Made by a program: the position numbers and the translations under genes
Source of the DNA: Rhodospirillales bacterium
GTDB taxonomy: Bacteria; Pseudomonadota; Alphaproteobacteria; UBA828
Reading direction: 5' to 3'
DNA: 64,000 bases
NCBI GenBank assembly: GCA_028818855.1
Contig: JAPPMY010000192.1
Span: forward strand, 31,119 to 95,118
Notes under the pieces: generated by a model
Database searches by the model: none
Told to the model about the DNA's origin: nothing
The model's input: the letters and a program-made list of their open reading frames with translations, nothing else
Part shown: piece after piece, positions 18,808 through 28,118 of the stretch
How positions within the stretch are numbered: position 1 is the stretch's first letter
How the letters are laid out: every line of letters starts with the position of its first letter

Positions 18808-19914
18808 TTGCTGGCGATCGACTCACTAACCCTCGGATACGGCGGCAAGGTGGTGGTGGCGGACGCCTCGTTCACGCTGGCCGCCGGGGAGATCGGGAGC
18901 CTGCTGGGGCCGAGCGGCTGCGGCAAGTCGACCCTGCTGCGCGCAATCGCCGGCTTCGAGCGGCCGCTCGGCGGCACCGTCTCCATGAGCGGCGCGCTTC
19001 TCTCCACGCCGGAGACCGTGGTGGAGCCCGAGCGCCGGCAGATCGGCATGGTGTTTCAGGACGTGGCCCTCTTCCCGCATCTCGACGTCGGCCGCAACAT
19101 CGCCTTCGGGCTGCGCGGGGCGGCGAAGGCGGCGCAGCGCCGCCGGGTCGACGAGCTGCTGGCGCTCTTCGGGCTGGCGGGCTACGGCGAGCGCATGCCG
19201 CACTCGCTCTCCGGCGGCGAGCAGCAGCGCGTGGCGCTGGCGCGGGCGATGGCGCCGAAGCCGGCGCTCCTGCTGATGGACGAGGCGTTCTCCAGCCTCG
19301 ATGCCGAGCTGAGGCAGACCATCGTGCCCGAGGTCAGGCGCATCCTGAAGCACGAGAACATGAGCGCGATCCTGGTCACGCACGACCATGACGAGGCCTT
19401 CGCCATGGCCGATCAGGTGGGCGTCATGGACGCAGGCCGCATCCACCAGTGGGACGAGCCCTACGTGCTCTATCACCTGCCGAACTCGAAGTTCGTGGCG
19501 CAGTTCGTGGGTGAAGGACAACTGATTCAAGCGACGGCGATCGACGAGCGGCGGCTGCGCTCGGTCCTCGGCATCCACAGCGTGCACGCAGGTCACAGCA
19601 TCGAGCCGGGACGCACCGTCGAAATACTGGTCAGGCCCGATGACATCGTTCACGACCACGCCAGCGAGATCATGGGAGAGATCGTGGAGATCTCGTTCCG
19701 CGGATCGCACTATCAGTACCTGACCGCTCTGGAGAATGACGAGCGCCTGCTCTGCATCGCGGAATCGCACCACAAGCACACGGCCGGGGACCGCGTCGAA
19801 CTGCTGCCCAAGCTGGAGCACCTCGTCGTCTTCGACGACGCGGGCGTGGGGACCACCTACGATTCCACCCTGGATACGTTCCTGAGAACGCTCTCCGCCA
19901 AGCCCTTCCCCTGA
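18808..19914 (+). CDS. ABC transporter ATP-binding protein (FbpC/PotA-like, with C-terminal TOBE-type domain)
   Basis: TTG start per the ORF track. Walker A GPSGCGKST, signature LSGGEQQRVALARA and Walker B LLLMDEAFSSLD. Confidence 0.85.
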   Translation: MLAIDSLTLGYGGKVVVADASFTLAAGEIGSLLGPSGCGKSTLLRAIAGFERPLGGTVSMSGALLSTPETVVEPERRQIGMVFQDVALFPHLDVGRNIAFGLRGAAKAAQRRRVDELLALFGLAGYGERMPHSLSGGEQQRVALARAMAPKPALLLMDEAFSSLDAELRQTIVPEVRRILKHENMSAILVTHDHDEAFAMADQVGVMDAGRIHQWDEPYVLYHLPNSKFVAQFVGEGQLIQATAIDERRLRSVLGIHSVHAGHSIEPGRTVEILVRPDDIVHDHASEIMGEIVEISFRGSHYQYLTALENDERLLCIAESHHKHTAGDRVELLPKLEHLVVFDDAGVGTTYDSTLDTFLRTLSAKPFP

Positions 19915-19930
19915 ATCGCGCGGCGAGCGC

Positions 19931-20800
19931 TCAGTCGGAGGCGCGCCTGCCGCCGAACACGCCTGCGATGCCGCCCCGCTCGAACGCGCCGGCAACCTCC
20001 TCCTCGCCCGGGCCGAAGAACCGGCCCGAGATCGTGTCGTCGGCCGCGTCGCTCTGGGCGAATGCGCCCTCCTCCACCGCCATGCCGCGCCACGCCATGT
20101 CGTCCCACGCCTCGCCGCTCTCGGCATTGGCGATACCGGTGAACGCGACGTCGGCGGTCAGTGCCGTCGCCGCGAAGTCGACCGTCACGTCGGCGTCGCC
20201 CAGGACCACCTGGCCGCGGCTGGCGGTTGCCCGCATGTCGCGGCCGATCATCAGGCCCTCCCAGCGGGCAGAGCCGTCGACGGCGCTCGGGTTCTCCTCG
20301 GTCGAGAAGCCGACCGCGTAGCTGATGACCACCGTCGCGCCTTTGTCCGGGTAAATGTCATTGGTGAGCAGGACGGATTCCGACGCGAAGAGGCTGTGGT
20401 CGAGCCAGCCGCCATAGACGTGGACGTCGGCGTATTCGCCGGACCCCCGCTCGACGACCTGGCTCACGCCGCGGCGCTCGCCCAGCAGCTCCAGCTCCAC
20501 GGATTCGACGGAGAAACCGCTCGGCCGGCTGAACCGGGAGAACCCGAACGAGCAGACATCCACGAGGCACCTGACGCCGACCCGTTCGACATCGTCGTCG
20601 CTGCCGAAATAGCCGAGCTGGTCGCCAAACAGAATCGCGTTGGCGCCGCTGACGATGCGCGCGTAGGAAGCCCGCGCCGCTTCATCGGCCGTCGGCGGCG
20701 GTGGTGGCGGCGGTGGCGGCGGATCGGACGAGTGGGTGCAGGCCGCAAGCGCGATTGCGGCCGCCAGCGCCGCGATCGCCTTCGGAAATCCTCTTCTCAT
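19931..20800 (-). CDS. lipoprotein with a TbpB/fHbp-like C-terminal 8-stranded beta-barrel domain (paralog 1)
   Basis: Start at residue 22 of ORF 19931..20863, preceded by GAGGAGGGG. Lipobox IALAAC, then a Pro10 linker. The C-terminus ARWEGLMIGR…VTVDFAA…ISGRFFGPGEEEVAGAFERGGIAGVFGGRR matches the GxFYGP…E.gG.F…GaFGa pattern of surface-lipoprotein barrels. Confidence 0.7.
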   Translation of the reverse strand: MRRGFPKAIAALAAAIALAACTHSSDPPPPPPPPPPTADEAARASYARIVSGANAILFGDQLGYFGSDDDVERVGVRCLVDVCSFGFSRFSRPSGFSVESVELELLGERRGVSQVVERGSGEYADVHVYGGWLDHSLFASESVLLTNDIYPDKGATVVISYAVGFSTEENPSAVDGSARWEGLMIGRDMRATASRGQVVLGDADVTVDFAATALTADVAFTGIANAESGEAWDDMAWRGMAVEEGAFAQSDAADDTISGRFFGPGEEEVAGAFERGGIAGVFGGRRASD

Positions 20801-20876
20801 TCGCCCCTCCTCGGGATCTTCCGCTCCCGGCGGCCAATCGACGGTGCCGGCTGGGACGGACACGGAACGGCGCGGA

Positions 20877-21734
20877 TCACGGCGCGGACGTGCGCCTGCC
20901 GCCGAACGCGCCGGCGATGCCGCCCTGCTCGAAGACGCCGCCGACCTCCTCCTCGCCCGGGCCGTAGAACCGCCCCGAGATCGTGTCGTCCGGGGCGTCC
21001 GTCCTGGCGAAGCCGCCGTCCTCCACCGTCATGCCGTGCCACGCCATGTCGTCATGGAGATCGCCGGTCTCGATATTGACGACGCCGGTGAACGCGACGT
21101 CCGCCGTCAAGCTGTCCGCGGCGAAATCGACCGTCACGTCGGCGTCGCCCCGAATCACCTGGCCCCGGCTGGGCGCGGCGCGCACGTCGCGGCCCAGCAT
21201 CAGGCCCTCCCAGCGGGCCGAGCCCTGGGCGGCGCTCGGGTTCTCCCCTCTGGAGAAGCCGAGCGAATAATTGGAGACGATCGTCGCGCCGTGGTCGGGG
21301 TCGTCGTCGTTGGTGAAGAGGCTCGTTTGCGTGGCGAAGAGGCTGTGCTCGAGCCATCCGCCGAATGCCTCGGCGTCGCCGTAGGTGCCCGACACGTCCT
21401 GCCGGACCAGTATCACGCCGCGGCGCTCGCGAAGCAGCTCCAGCTCCCAGCCGTCCACGCCGAAATTGCTCGCCTTGCTTACGGAGAGGAACCCGATCGC
21501 GCAGCGGTCCTCCTCGCAGGTGGTGTTCACCCGCTCCACCTCGTCGTCGCTCGCGTCGTAGCCGAGCCGGTCGCCGCGCAGCAGCGTGTTCGCGCCGCTG
21601 ACGATGTGCGCGTGTGAAGCCCGTGCCGCTTCGTCGGCCGTCGGCGGCGGTGGTGGCGGCGGATCGGACGAGTGGGTGCAGGCCGCGAGCGCGATGACGA
21701 CCGGCAGCGCGGCGATCGTGAGTCCTGTCCTCAT
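20877..21734 (-). CDS. lipoprotein with a TbpB/fHbp-like C-terminal beta-barrel domain (paralog 2)
   Basis: Start at residue 14 of ORF 20877..21773. Lipobox IALAAC, a Pro7 linker and the C-terminus ISGRFYGPGEEEVGGVFEQGGIAGAFGGRR. Clear tandem paralog of 19931..20800. Confidence 0.7.
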   Translation of the reverse strand: MRTGLTIAALPVVIALAACTHSSDPPPPPPPTADEAARASHAHIVSGANTLLRGDRLGYDASDDEVERVNTTCEEDRCAIGFLSVSKASNFGVDGWELELLRERRGVILVRQDVSGTYGDAEAFGGWLEHSLFATQTSLFTNDDDPDHGATIVSNYSLGFSRGENPSAAQGSARWEGLMLGRDVRAAPSRGQVIRGDADVTVDFAADSLTADVAFTGVVNIETGDLHDDMAWHGMTVEDGGFARTDAPDDTISGRFYGPGEEEVGGVFEQGGIAGAFGGRRTSAP

Positions 21735-21892
21735 CGAGAAGTCTCCCTTTCGCCGAAGCCGGGAACGGCCCACGTCCGGCCACCGAATCGCTCGCTCGAA
21801 GCTAGCCTAAATCATTTGTCGTTCCAATATTCTGTTCGGTTCGCACCCCTATGCCCAATACGTTGCCCCGACCGGCTGCAACCCGCCAACGC

Positions 21893-23464
21893 TCAGCAGC
21901 TCTTCCAGTCCTTCGCCGCCTCCAGCGCCGCCGCCACCTGCAGCACCTTCGCGTCCTCGAAGTGGCGGCCGACGATCATGCAGCCGATGGGCAGGTCGTC
22001 GTGCACGCCGCAGGGCACCGAGACCGCCGGATGCCCGGTCGCGTCGAACTGGCAGGTGTTGTGGATCATGTCGAGCGTACGCACGATGCGCTCCCTGAGC
22101 GGCGCGTCGTTGTCCGGGATCGGCGTCGGCAGGATGGCCGTGCTGGGCATCACCAGCACGTCGCAGGATTGCAGCAGGTCGTCGTAGCTCTGCGTGATCT
22201 GCCCCCGGATGTTCTGCGCCTTGGCGTAGTAGCGGTTGTAGTACTCGGACTGCATGTACTCGCCGAAGAGCAGCACGTACTTCACCATCACGCCCATGTC
22301 GTTGGGCCTGGAGCGCCCGCTCTTCGCCACGTTGTCGAGGAGCTGCGTGTTGTAGAATCCGCGCCAGTTGGTGCCGGTGTTGTTGCCCTTGAGCATGACC
22401 GCCTGCGCGCCCTCGACGCAGATCGGCAGCCACACGTGCAGGGCGTCCTCGTGGCGGGGGTTGGAGACCTCCGTCACCTCGGCGCCGGCGGCCGCCAGCC
22501 GGTCGACGGCGGCGCGCACGCTGTCCGAGACCACCGCATCGCCGGGCGGCAGCCCCGTGTCGCCCCAGCTCTCCTCGCCCGCGCCCTGGTCGAAGCCTTC
22601 CTTCAGCACGCCGATCCTGACGCCCTTGCAGCCCGCATCGAGGCCGGTGACGTAGTCCATGTCGAGCCCCGCCGGGATCAGCCCCCGCTGGCGCGGGTCG
22701 AGCGGGTCCTCGCCTGCGATCGCGGTCAGCATGCGGGCGGTGTTCTCCACCGTGTCCGCCATGGGGCCGAGATGGTCCATGGTCATCTCGATCATCATGG
22801 CGCCGGTGTAGGGCACGAGACCGTAGGTGGGCTTGTGCCCGACGATGCCGCTCCAGCTCGCGGGAATGCGGATCGAGCCGCCCTGGTCGCCTCCGATGCT
22901 CATGTCGATGTCGCCGGCCGCCACGGCGGCGCCGTTGCCGTTCGACGAAGCCCCGGTGGAATGGGTCGGCTTGTGCGGGTTGCGCACGGGCCCGAAGGCG
23001 GACGTGTGGCTGCCGCCGGAGAACGAGCAGTCCTCGCTGTTGGTCTTGCCGAGGATGGTCCCGCCGGCATCCAGCACGCGGGTCACCACGGTGGCGTCGA
23101 TGTCCGGGATGTAGCCTTCCATCCCCTTGGCGCCGTTGATCATGGGGAAGCCCGCGACGCAGATCGCATCCTTGATGCCGACCCGCTTGCCGGCGAGCAC
23201 GCCTTCGCCCGAGCCCTGGATCTCGCCCTTCACGTACCACGCGTTGTAGGGGTCCTCCTCGGGCCCCGGCCGGTAGGAGCCGGCGCGCGGATACTTCACC
23301 GGCGGCTTGCTCTCCTGCATCGCATCGAGGCGGCGGTAGCTCTTCACCGTGCCGGCCATCATCTCGCTGTAGAGGGCGGCTTCCTCGTCGCTCATCGTGA
23401 AGCCGAACGACTCGGCCATCTCCTGGATCTTCGTCGCGCTCGGCGGTACTGGACCTATCGGCAT
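21893..23464 (-). CDS. amidase (amidase-signature family)
   Basis: Start at residue 15 of ORF 21893..23506, preceded by GGGAGAG. AS signature GASSNGNGAAVAAGDIDMSIGGDQGGSIRIPASWSGIVGHKPTYGLVPYTG. Confidence 0.85.
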   Translation of the reverse strand: MPIGPVPPSATKIQEMAESFGFTMSDEEAALYSEMMAGTVKSYRRLDAMQESKPPVKYPRAGSYRPGPEEDPYNAWYVKGEIQGSGEGVLAGKRVGIKDAICVAGFPMINGAKGMEGYIPDIDATVVTRVLDAGGTILGKTNSEDCSFSGGSHTSAFGPVRNPHKPTHSTGASSNGNGAAVAAGDIDMSIGGDQGGSIRIPASWSGIVGHKPTYGLVPYTGAMMIEMTMDHLGPMADTVENTARMLTAIAGEDPLDPRQRGLIPAGLDMDYVTGLDAGCKGVRIGVLKEGFDQGAGEESWGDTGLPPGDAVVSDSVRAAVDRLAAAGAEVTEVSNPRHEDALHVWLPICVEGAQAVMLKGNNTGTNWRGFYNTQLLDNVAKSGRSRPNDMGVMVKYVLLFGEYMQSEYYNRYYAKAQNIRGQITQSYDDLLQSCDVLVMPSTAILPTPIPDNDAPLRERIVRTLDMIHNTCQFDATGHPAVSVPCGVHDDLPIGCMIVGRHFEDAKVLQVAAALEAAKDWKSC

Positions 23465-23961
23465 CCTGCTCTCCCTTGCTTCCCGAGGCCGTTGGGCAGC
23501 GCGCAAACGGCGCCAAGCGGCATTCTAGCCCGCATCTCTCGCCAGGGTCATGGTCTGCGCGGCGACAGGTCTGCGCGGCGCTGTCCGGCTGACAGAGCAG
23601 GAGAATCGCGCAGCGCCCCGGCCCCAGATGGAGACCAAGCCCTGGCCGTCGGTCTCTGCGGTCAACGAGAAGGACGATCCCGGCAACAGATCGCGCTCGT
23701 TCGACCATTGCCCAAGCCCCGACGCAGCGGCCTCTTCGGACGCCACATCCCCGTACGGCCCGGCTGCGAAGGGCAGACCGGCGCCGGTCCTTTGCGCTAC
23801 CGAATCACGTGGGAAGGTTGGCCTCCGCAACCAGACGGATTTTCTGATGGGGTCGATAGGAAATGGTCATCGGCCCGCGCTGCCCACGATGAGCGGTTGA
23901 CTTGGCGCCGCCTCATGGGTCAGGATTTTACCCATAGTGAAATCTTGGGGCGCCGGGGGAC

Positions 23962-24588
23962 ATGGCAAAATCGTCGGACGCGGCTCGGCCGGCAGAGAGC
24001 GACGACCCCCTGGGCAAGCACCTGCGGGACCGCCGCAAGCAGCTCGGACTGACGCTCAAGGAGGTGGCCGACGGCGCCGGCCTCTCGGTCGGCTTCATCT
24101 CCCAGATCGAGCGCGGGCTGAACGCGCCTTCGCTCTCGTCGCTCGCCGCCATCTCCGGCGTGCTGCGCACCCACGTCACCGAGTTCCTGGCCCCGCCCCG
24201 GCCGGACGCGCCCTTCACCCTGATGGGCGAGCGGCGCAGCTTCGCCATCGAGCAGCACGCGCTCCGCTACGAGCGCATTTCCGCGTCCTTCCCCGGCAGC
24301 GTCCTCAACGGCGTCATCATCCACTGGCCGCCGGGCTATCGCTCCGAGTCCATCCGGCACGAGGGCGAGGAGCTGTTCTACATCCTGGAGGGCGCCATCA
24401 CGGTCGAGACCGAGAACGAGAGCACCGTTCTCGAGGCCGGCTCCTCCATCCACTTCAAGTCGACGCGGCGCCATTCGGGCTGGAACCACGGCACGTCGCC
24501 GGCCGTGATCCTGCACGTGTGCACATCGGACATTTTCGGCGACCACAGCAAGCGGCCGCAGGCGGCCGAAACGGAAGAACGAGACTAG
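23962..24588 (+). CDS. XRE-family transcriptional regulator with C-terminal cupin domain
   Basis: HTH_3 segment LRDRRKQLGLTLKEVADGAGLSVGFISQIERGLNAPSLSSL. Cupin_2 segment HEGEELFYILEGAITVETENESTVLEAGSSIHF. Confidence 0.85.
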   Translation: MAKSSDAARPAESDDPLGKHLRDRRKQLGLTLKEVADGAGLSVGFISQIERGLNAPSLSSLAAISGVLRTHVTEFLAPPRPDAPFTLMGERRSFAIEQHALRYERISASFPGSVLNGVIIHWPPGYRSESIRHEGEELFYILEGAITVETENESTVLEAGSSIHFKSTRRHSGWNHGTSPAVILHVCTSDIFGDHSKRPQAAETEERD

Positions 24589-24601
24589 GGAGAACCATGA
24601 C

Positions 24602-26194
24602 ATGAGAACACTGCTGAAACTGCTGTCGGCAGCCTCGCTGGTGGCGGCGCTGGGGGCGATACCCCAGATCGTCCAGGCGGGCGGCGTGCTGCGCCTCGAC
24701 GAGGTCGCGGTCGGCGAGCTCGACCCGGCCAAGGCGACCGACTACGCCGACTCCATCCTGATGTTCAACGTCTACGACACCCTCGTCATCCCGCAGCAGG
24801 GCGCGCCCGGCCACGACCCGCACCTCGCGGCGAGCTGGTCCGGCGAAGGGACGAGCTTCACCTTCACGCTCCGCGACGACGTGACGTTCCAGAGCGGCAA
24901 TCCGCTCACCGCCGACGACGTGGTCTTCTCGCTCGACCGCATGAAGACCATCGGCCAGGGGCTCTCCTACCTGTTCGTGAGCGTGGAAGGCGCCGAGGCG
25001 GTGGATGGGAACACCGTGCGCTTCACCCTCTCCGAGCCTTACGCGCCCTTCGTCTCGTCGCTGGTGCGGCTCCCCATCGTCGACAAGCAGCTCGTCATGG
25101 CCAATCTCGGCGAAGGCGAAGGCGAGATGGGCGACTGGGGCCAGGCCTTCCTCTCGCAGAACGGGGCGGGCACCGGCGCCTACCGCGTCGTCTCCCACAA
25201 CCCGCAGGAAGAGACGGTGATGGAGAAGAGCACCAGCTACTTCCTGCCCATCGCGGACGCGGCACCGGACACGGTGCGGCTTCGCTACGGGCTCGAGGCG
25301 GCCACGGTGCGCACGCTCATCGCTCAGGGCGAGCACGACATCTCCTCGCAGTGGGTGCCGCCGGAGGTGCTGGGCGCGCTTGCCGGCACCGGCGCGCAAC
25401 TGCTGACCGAGGGCGGCGTGACCGGCTTCTACATGAAGCTCAACACGACCAAGCCGCCGCTCGACGACGTGAACTGCCGCCTCGCGCTGGCCAAGGCCTT
25501 CGACTACGAAGGCGGGGTCAAGATCATCGCGGTCACCGACGAGGTCTCGCAGGGGACTCTTTCCACCGGCGCGATCCCGGCTGCGATGCTGGGCGCCAAC
25601 CCGCGCGAGAAGGCGCAGACGCGCGATCTCGATGCGGCGCGGCAGCACCTGGCCGACTGCAAGTACTCGCCGGACGAGTTCGTGCTGGAGCTCACCTGGA
25701 TCGGCGAGGTGCCGCTGGAGGAGCGCTTCGCGCTGCTCATGCAGGCGAACTTCGCGGAGATCGGCATCAACTCCGATATCCGCAGGATCCCGTGGGCGCT
25801 CTTCGCCGAGCAGGTGTCGAACCCGGAGACCACGCCCAACGTCTCGCAGGTCTACGTCACCGCGGTGACCGGCGATACCGACACGCTGCTCTACGGCATG
25901 TACCACTCCAGCGCGGCGGGCACGTGGCAGTCGCCCGAGCACCTCAATGATGCCGAGGTGGACCGCCTGCTGGAGGCCGGGCGCACCGGGGCGACGCCGG
26001 AGGCCCGGCAAGAGGCCTACTCGGCGCTCAATGACAGGCTGATCGCGGTCTCGCCCACCATCTACGCGCACGATTCGCAGTCGGTCTTCGCGGCGTCCAA
26101 CCGGGTCAAGGTGCCGGCGCTGAGCGATCCGGCCATGGCCTTCGGTCTCGACGGCTTCGGCTTCACCTTCCGCCTCATGGAAATGACCGAATAG
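24602..26194 (+). CDS. ABC transporter substrate-binding protein, family 5 (peptide/nickel, DppA-like)
   Basis: Signal peptide MRTLLKLLSAASLVAALGA. 530 aa. SBP_bac_5-type segments (…FTLRDDVTFQSGNPLTADDVVFSLDR…). It precedes two permease genes and two ATPase genes. Confidence 0.85.
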   Translation: MRTLLKLLSAASLVAALGAIPQIVQAGGVLRLDEVAVGELDPAKATDYADSILMFNVYDTLVIPQQGAPGHDPHLAASWSGEGTSFTFTLRDDVTFQSGNPLTADDVVFSLDRMKTIGQGLSYLFVSVEGAEAVDGNTVRFTLSEPYAPFVSSLVRLPIVDKQLVMANLGEGEGEMGDWGQAFLSQNGAGTGAYRVVSHNPQEETVMEKSTSYFLPIADAAPDTVRLRYGLEAATVRTLIAQGEHDISSQWVPPEVLGALAGTGAQLLTEGGVTGFYMKLNTTKPPLDDVNCRLALAKAFDYEGGVKIIAVTDEVSQGTLSTGAIPAAMLGANPREKAQTRDLDAARQHLADCKYSPDEFVLELTWIGEVPLEERFALLMQANFAEIGINSDIRRIPWALFAEQVSNPETTPNVSQVYVTAVTGDTDTLLYGMYHSSAAGTWQSPEHLNDAEVDRLLEAGRTGATPEARQEAYSALNDRLIAVSPTIYAHDSQSVFAASNRVKVPALSDPAMAFGLDGFGFTFRLMEMTE

Positions 26195-26262
26195 CCGAGC
26201 AGACTTCCGCGGCGGGGCGGGCATGCTGTCGATCTGCCCGCCCCGTCGTTTAGAATCGGGTC

Positions 26263-27288
26263 GTGACGCCGACGATCCTCATCTTTGCGCGGCGGCTCGG
26301 GACCTCCTGCATCGTCCTGCTGGGGGTCTCGATGCTGATCTTCGCCATCGCCCGGGTGATCCCGGGCGATCCGGCGCGCATTGCGCTGGGGCCCAGCGCC
26401 ACCGCAGACCAGGTCGAGAAGCTGCGGGCCGAGCTTCGCCTCGACGAGCCCATCACCACCCAGTACGGGCACTTCCTGAGCGAGCTTGCGCAGGGCGACC
26501 TCGGCATCTCGCTCTACACCAACCGGCCCGTGGTGGTGGACATCGCGCAGTTCCTGCCCGCCACGCTGGAGCTGATCTTCGTCGCCGGCGCGATGATGAT
26601 CGCGATCGGACTGCCGCTCGGCATTGCCTCCGCGCGTTACCGGGGCACCTGGATCGACAACTCCATCCGCATGGTGGCCCTGCTCGGCGTGTCCGCGCCG
26701 AGCTTCGTCTGGGCCGTGATCCTGATGCTGTTGTTCGCGTACTTCCTGCCGCTCTTCCCCATCGCGGGCCGCATCTCGGACACCTTCGCCATCCAGCCGG
26801 TCACGAACTTCCTGCTGCTGGATACGCTGATCGCCGGCAACCTCGCGGCCTTCGGCAACGCTGCCTGGCACATCATCCTGCCGGCCTTCGCGCTGGCACT
26901 CTCGGGCATCGGTCAGACGGCGCGGCTCACCCGCGCCAACATGGTGGAGACCTACGACAAGCCCTTCATCGAGATGGCGCGCTCCTACGGCGTGCCCGAC
27001 CGCCGGATCGCGCGGCGCTACGCCTTCAAGCCGTCGCTGATCCCGGCGCTCACCATCATCGGGCTCGACTTCGCGGCCATGCTCGGCAACGCCTTTCTCG
27101 TCGAGGCGGTGTTCGCCTGGCCCGGCCTCTCGCGCTACGGCGTCTCGGTCATCCTGCGCAAGGACCTGGATGCCATCGTCGGCACGGTGCTCATCATCTC
27201 GGCGACCTTCCTCATCATGAACCTCATCGTCGATGTGCTGGTCACCTTCATCAACCCGCGCATCCGCTACGCGCGAGGGCGCTCATGA
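26263..27288 (+). CDS. ABC transporter permease (DppB-like)
   Basis: GTG start per the ORF track. The N-terminus RRLGTSCIVLLGVSMLIFAIARVIPGDPARIALG is typical of DppB/OppB-type permeases. Confidence 0.85.
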   Translation: MTPTILIFARRLGTSCIVLLGVSMLIFAIARVIPGDPARIALGPSATADQVEKLRAELRLDEPITTQYGHFLSELAQGDLGISLYTNRPVVVDIAQFLPATLELIFVAGAMMIAIGLPLGIASARYRGTWIDNSIRMVALLGVSAPSFVWAVILMLLFAYFLPLFPIAGRISDTFAIQPVTNFLLLDTLIAGNLAAFGNAAWHIILPAFALALSGIGQTARLTRANMVETYDKPFIEMARSYGVPDRRIARRYAFKPSLIPALTIIGLDFAAMLGNAFLVEAVFAWPGLSRYGVSVILRKDLDAIVGTVLIISATFLIMNLIVDVLVTFINPRIRYARGRS

Positions 27289-28118
27289 GGCGCGCCGCCG
27301 CGATCCTGGTCTCGAACCCGCTCTCGCTGCTGGGGCTGATCCTGGTCGGCATCATCCTGATCTGCGCCGTCTTCGCGGACTTCATCGCGCCGTTTCCTGA
27401 GCACCGCGGCGCCGTCGTGGACTTCGCCAACTTCAACCAGGCGCCCAGGTGGCCGCACCTGATGGGGACGGACCTCGTCGGCCGCGACCTCTTCAGCCGC
27501 GTCATCTACGCCTACCGCATATCGCTGATCCTGGGCGTCGTGGTGCTCGGCATCGCGGTGCCGGTGGGCGTGACGGTCGGGCTGATCGCCGGCTACTTCG
27601 GCCGCTACACCGAGTTCGCGCTGATGCGCGTCACCGACGTCTTTCTCTCCATCCCGCCGCTGGTGCTCGCGATGTCGATCATGGGCGTGCTGGAGCCGAC
27701 GCTCATCAACGGCATGCTGGCGGTCACCGCGATGTGGTGGCCCTGGTACGCGCGGCTCGTCTACAACATGACGCGGGGCGAGAAGGAGGAAGGCTACGTG
27801 CTGGCCGCCGAGCTGATCGGCGCATCCCGGCTGCACGTGATCTTCCGCGAGATCCTGCCCAACTGCTTCCCCTCCATCATCACCAAGATGACGCTCGACC
27901 TCGGCTTCATCATCCTGATCGCGTCCTCGCTCTCCTTCCTCGGCCTCGGCGTCCAGCCGCCGACGCCGGACCTCGGCTCGATGGTGGCGGACGGCGCCAA
28001 GTACCTGCCCGATTCCTGGTGGCTCACCATCTTCCCGAGCCTCGCGATCCTGGTCGCGGTGTTCGGCTTCAACCTCATCGGCGACGCGCTCCGCGAGCTG
28101 TTCGGGGCGGATCAATGA
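27285..28118 (+). CDS. ABC transporter permease (DppC-like)
   Basis: Residue 355 onward of ORF 26223..28118 (MRRAAAILVSNPLSLLGLILVG…). ATGA overlap with the upstream stop. GTDLVGRDLFSRVIYAYRISL is the DppC/OppC hallmark. Confidence 0.85.
   Translation: MRRAAAILVSNPLSLLGLILVGIILICAVFADFIAPFPEHRGAVVDFANFNQAPRWPHLMGTDLVGRDLFSRVIYAYRISLILGVVVLGIAVPVGVTVGLIAGYFGRYTEFALMRVTDVFLSIPPLVLAMSIMGVLEPTLINGMLAVTAMWWPWYARLVYNMTRGEKEEGYVLAAELIGASRLHVIFREILPNCFPSIITKMTLDLGFIILIASSLSFLGLGVQPPTPDLGSMVADGAKYLPDSWWLTIFPSLAILVAVFGFNLIGDALRELFGADQ

Noticed and set aside
23465-23961. A gene in the 497-bp amidase/regulator intergenic region. ORF 23525..23830 (-) contains …SFSLTAETDGQGLVSIWGRGAA…, faintly autotransporter-like.
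   Set aside because: There is no RBS and the match is too short and weak. An overlapping opposite-strand ORF of similar length exists. It is most simply a divergent promoter region, or at best an unrecognisable gene remnant.
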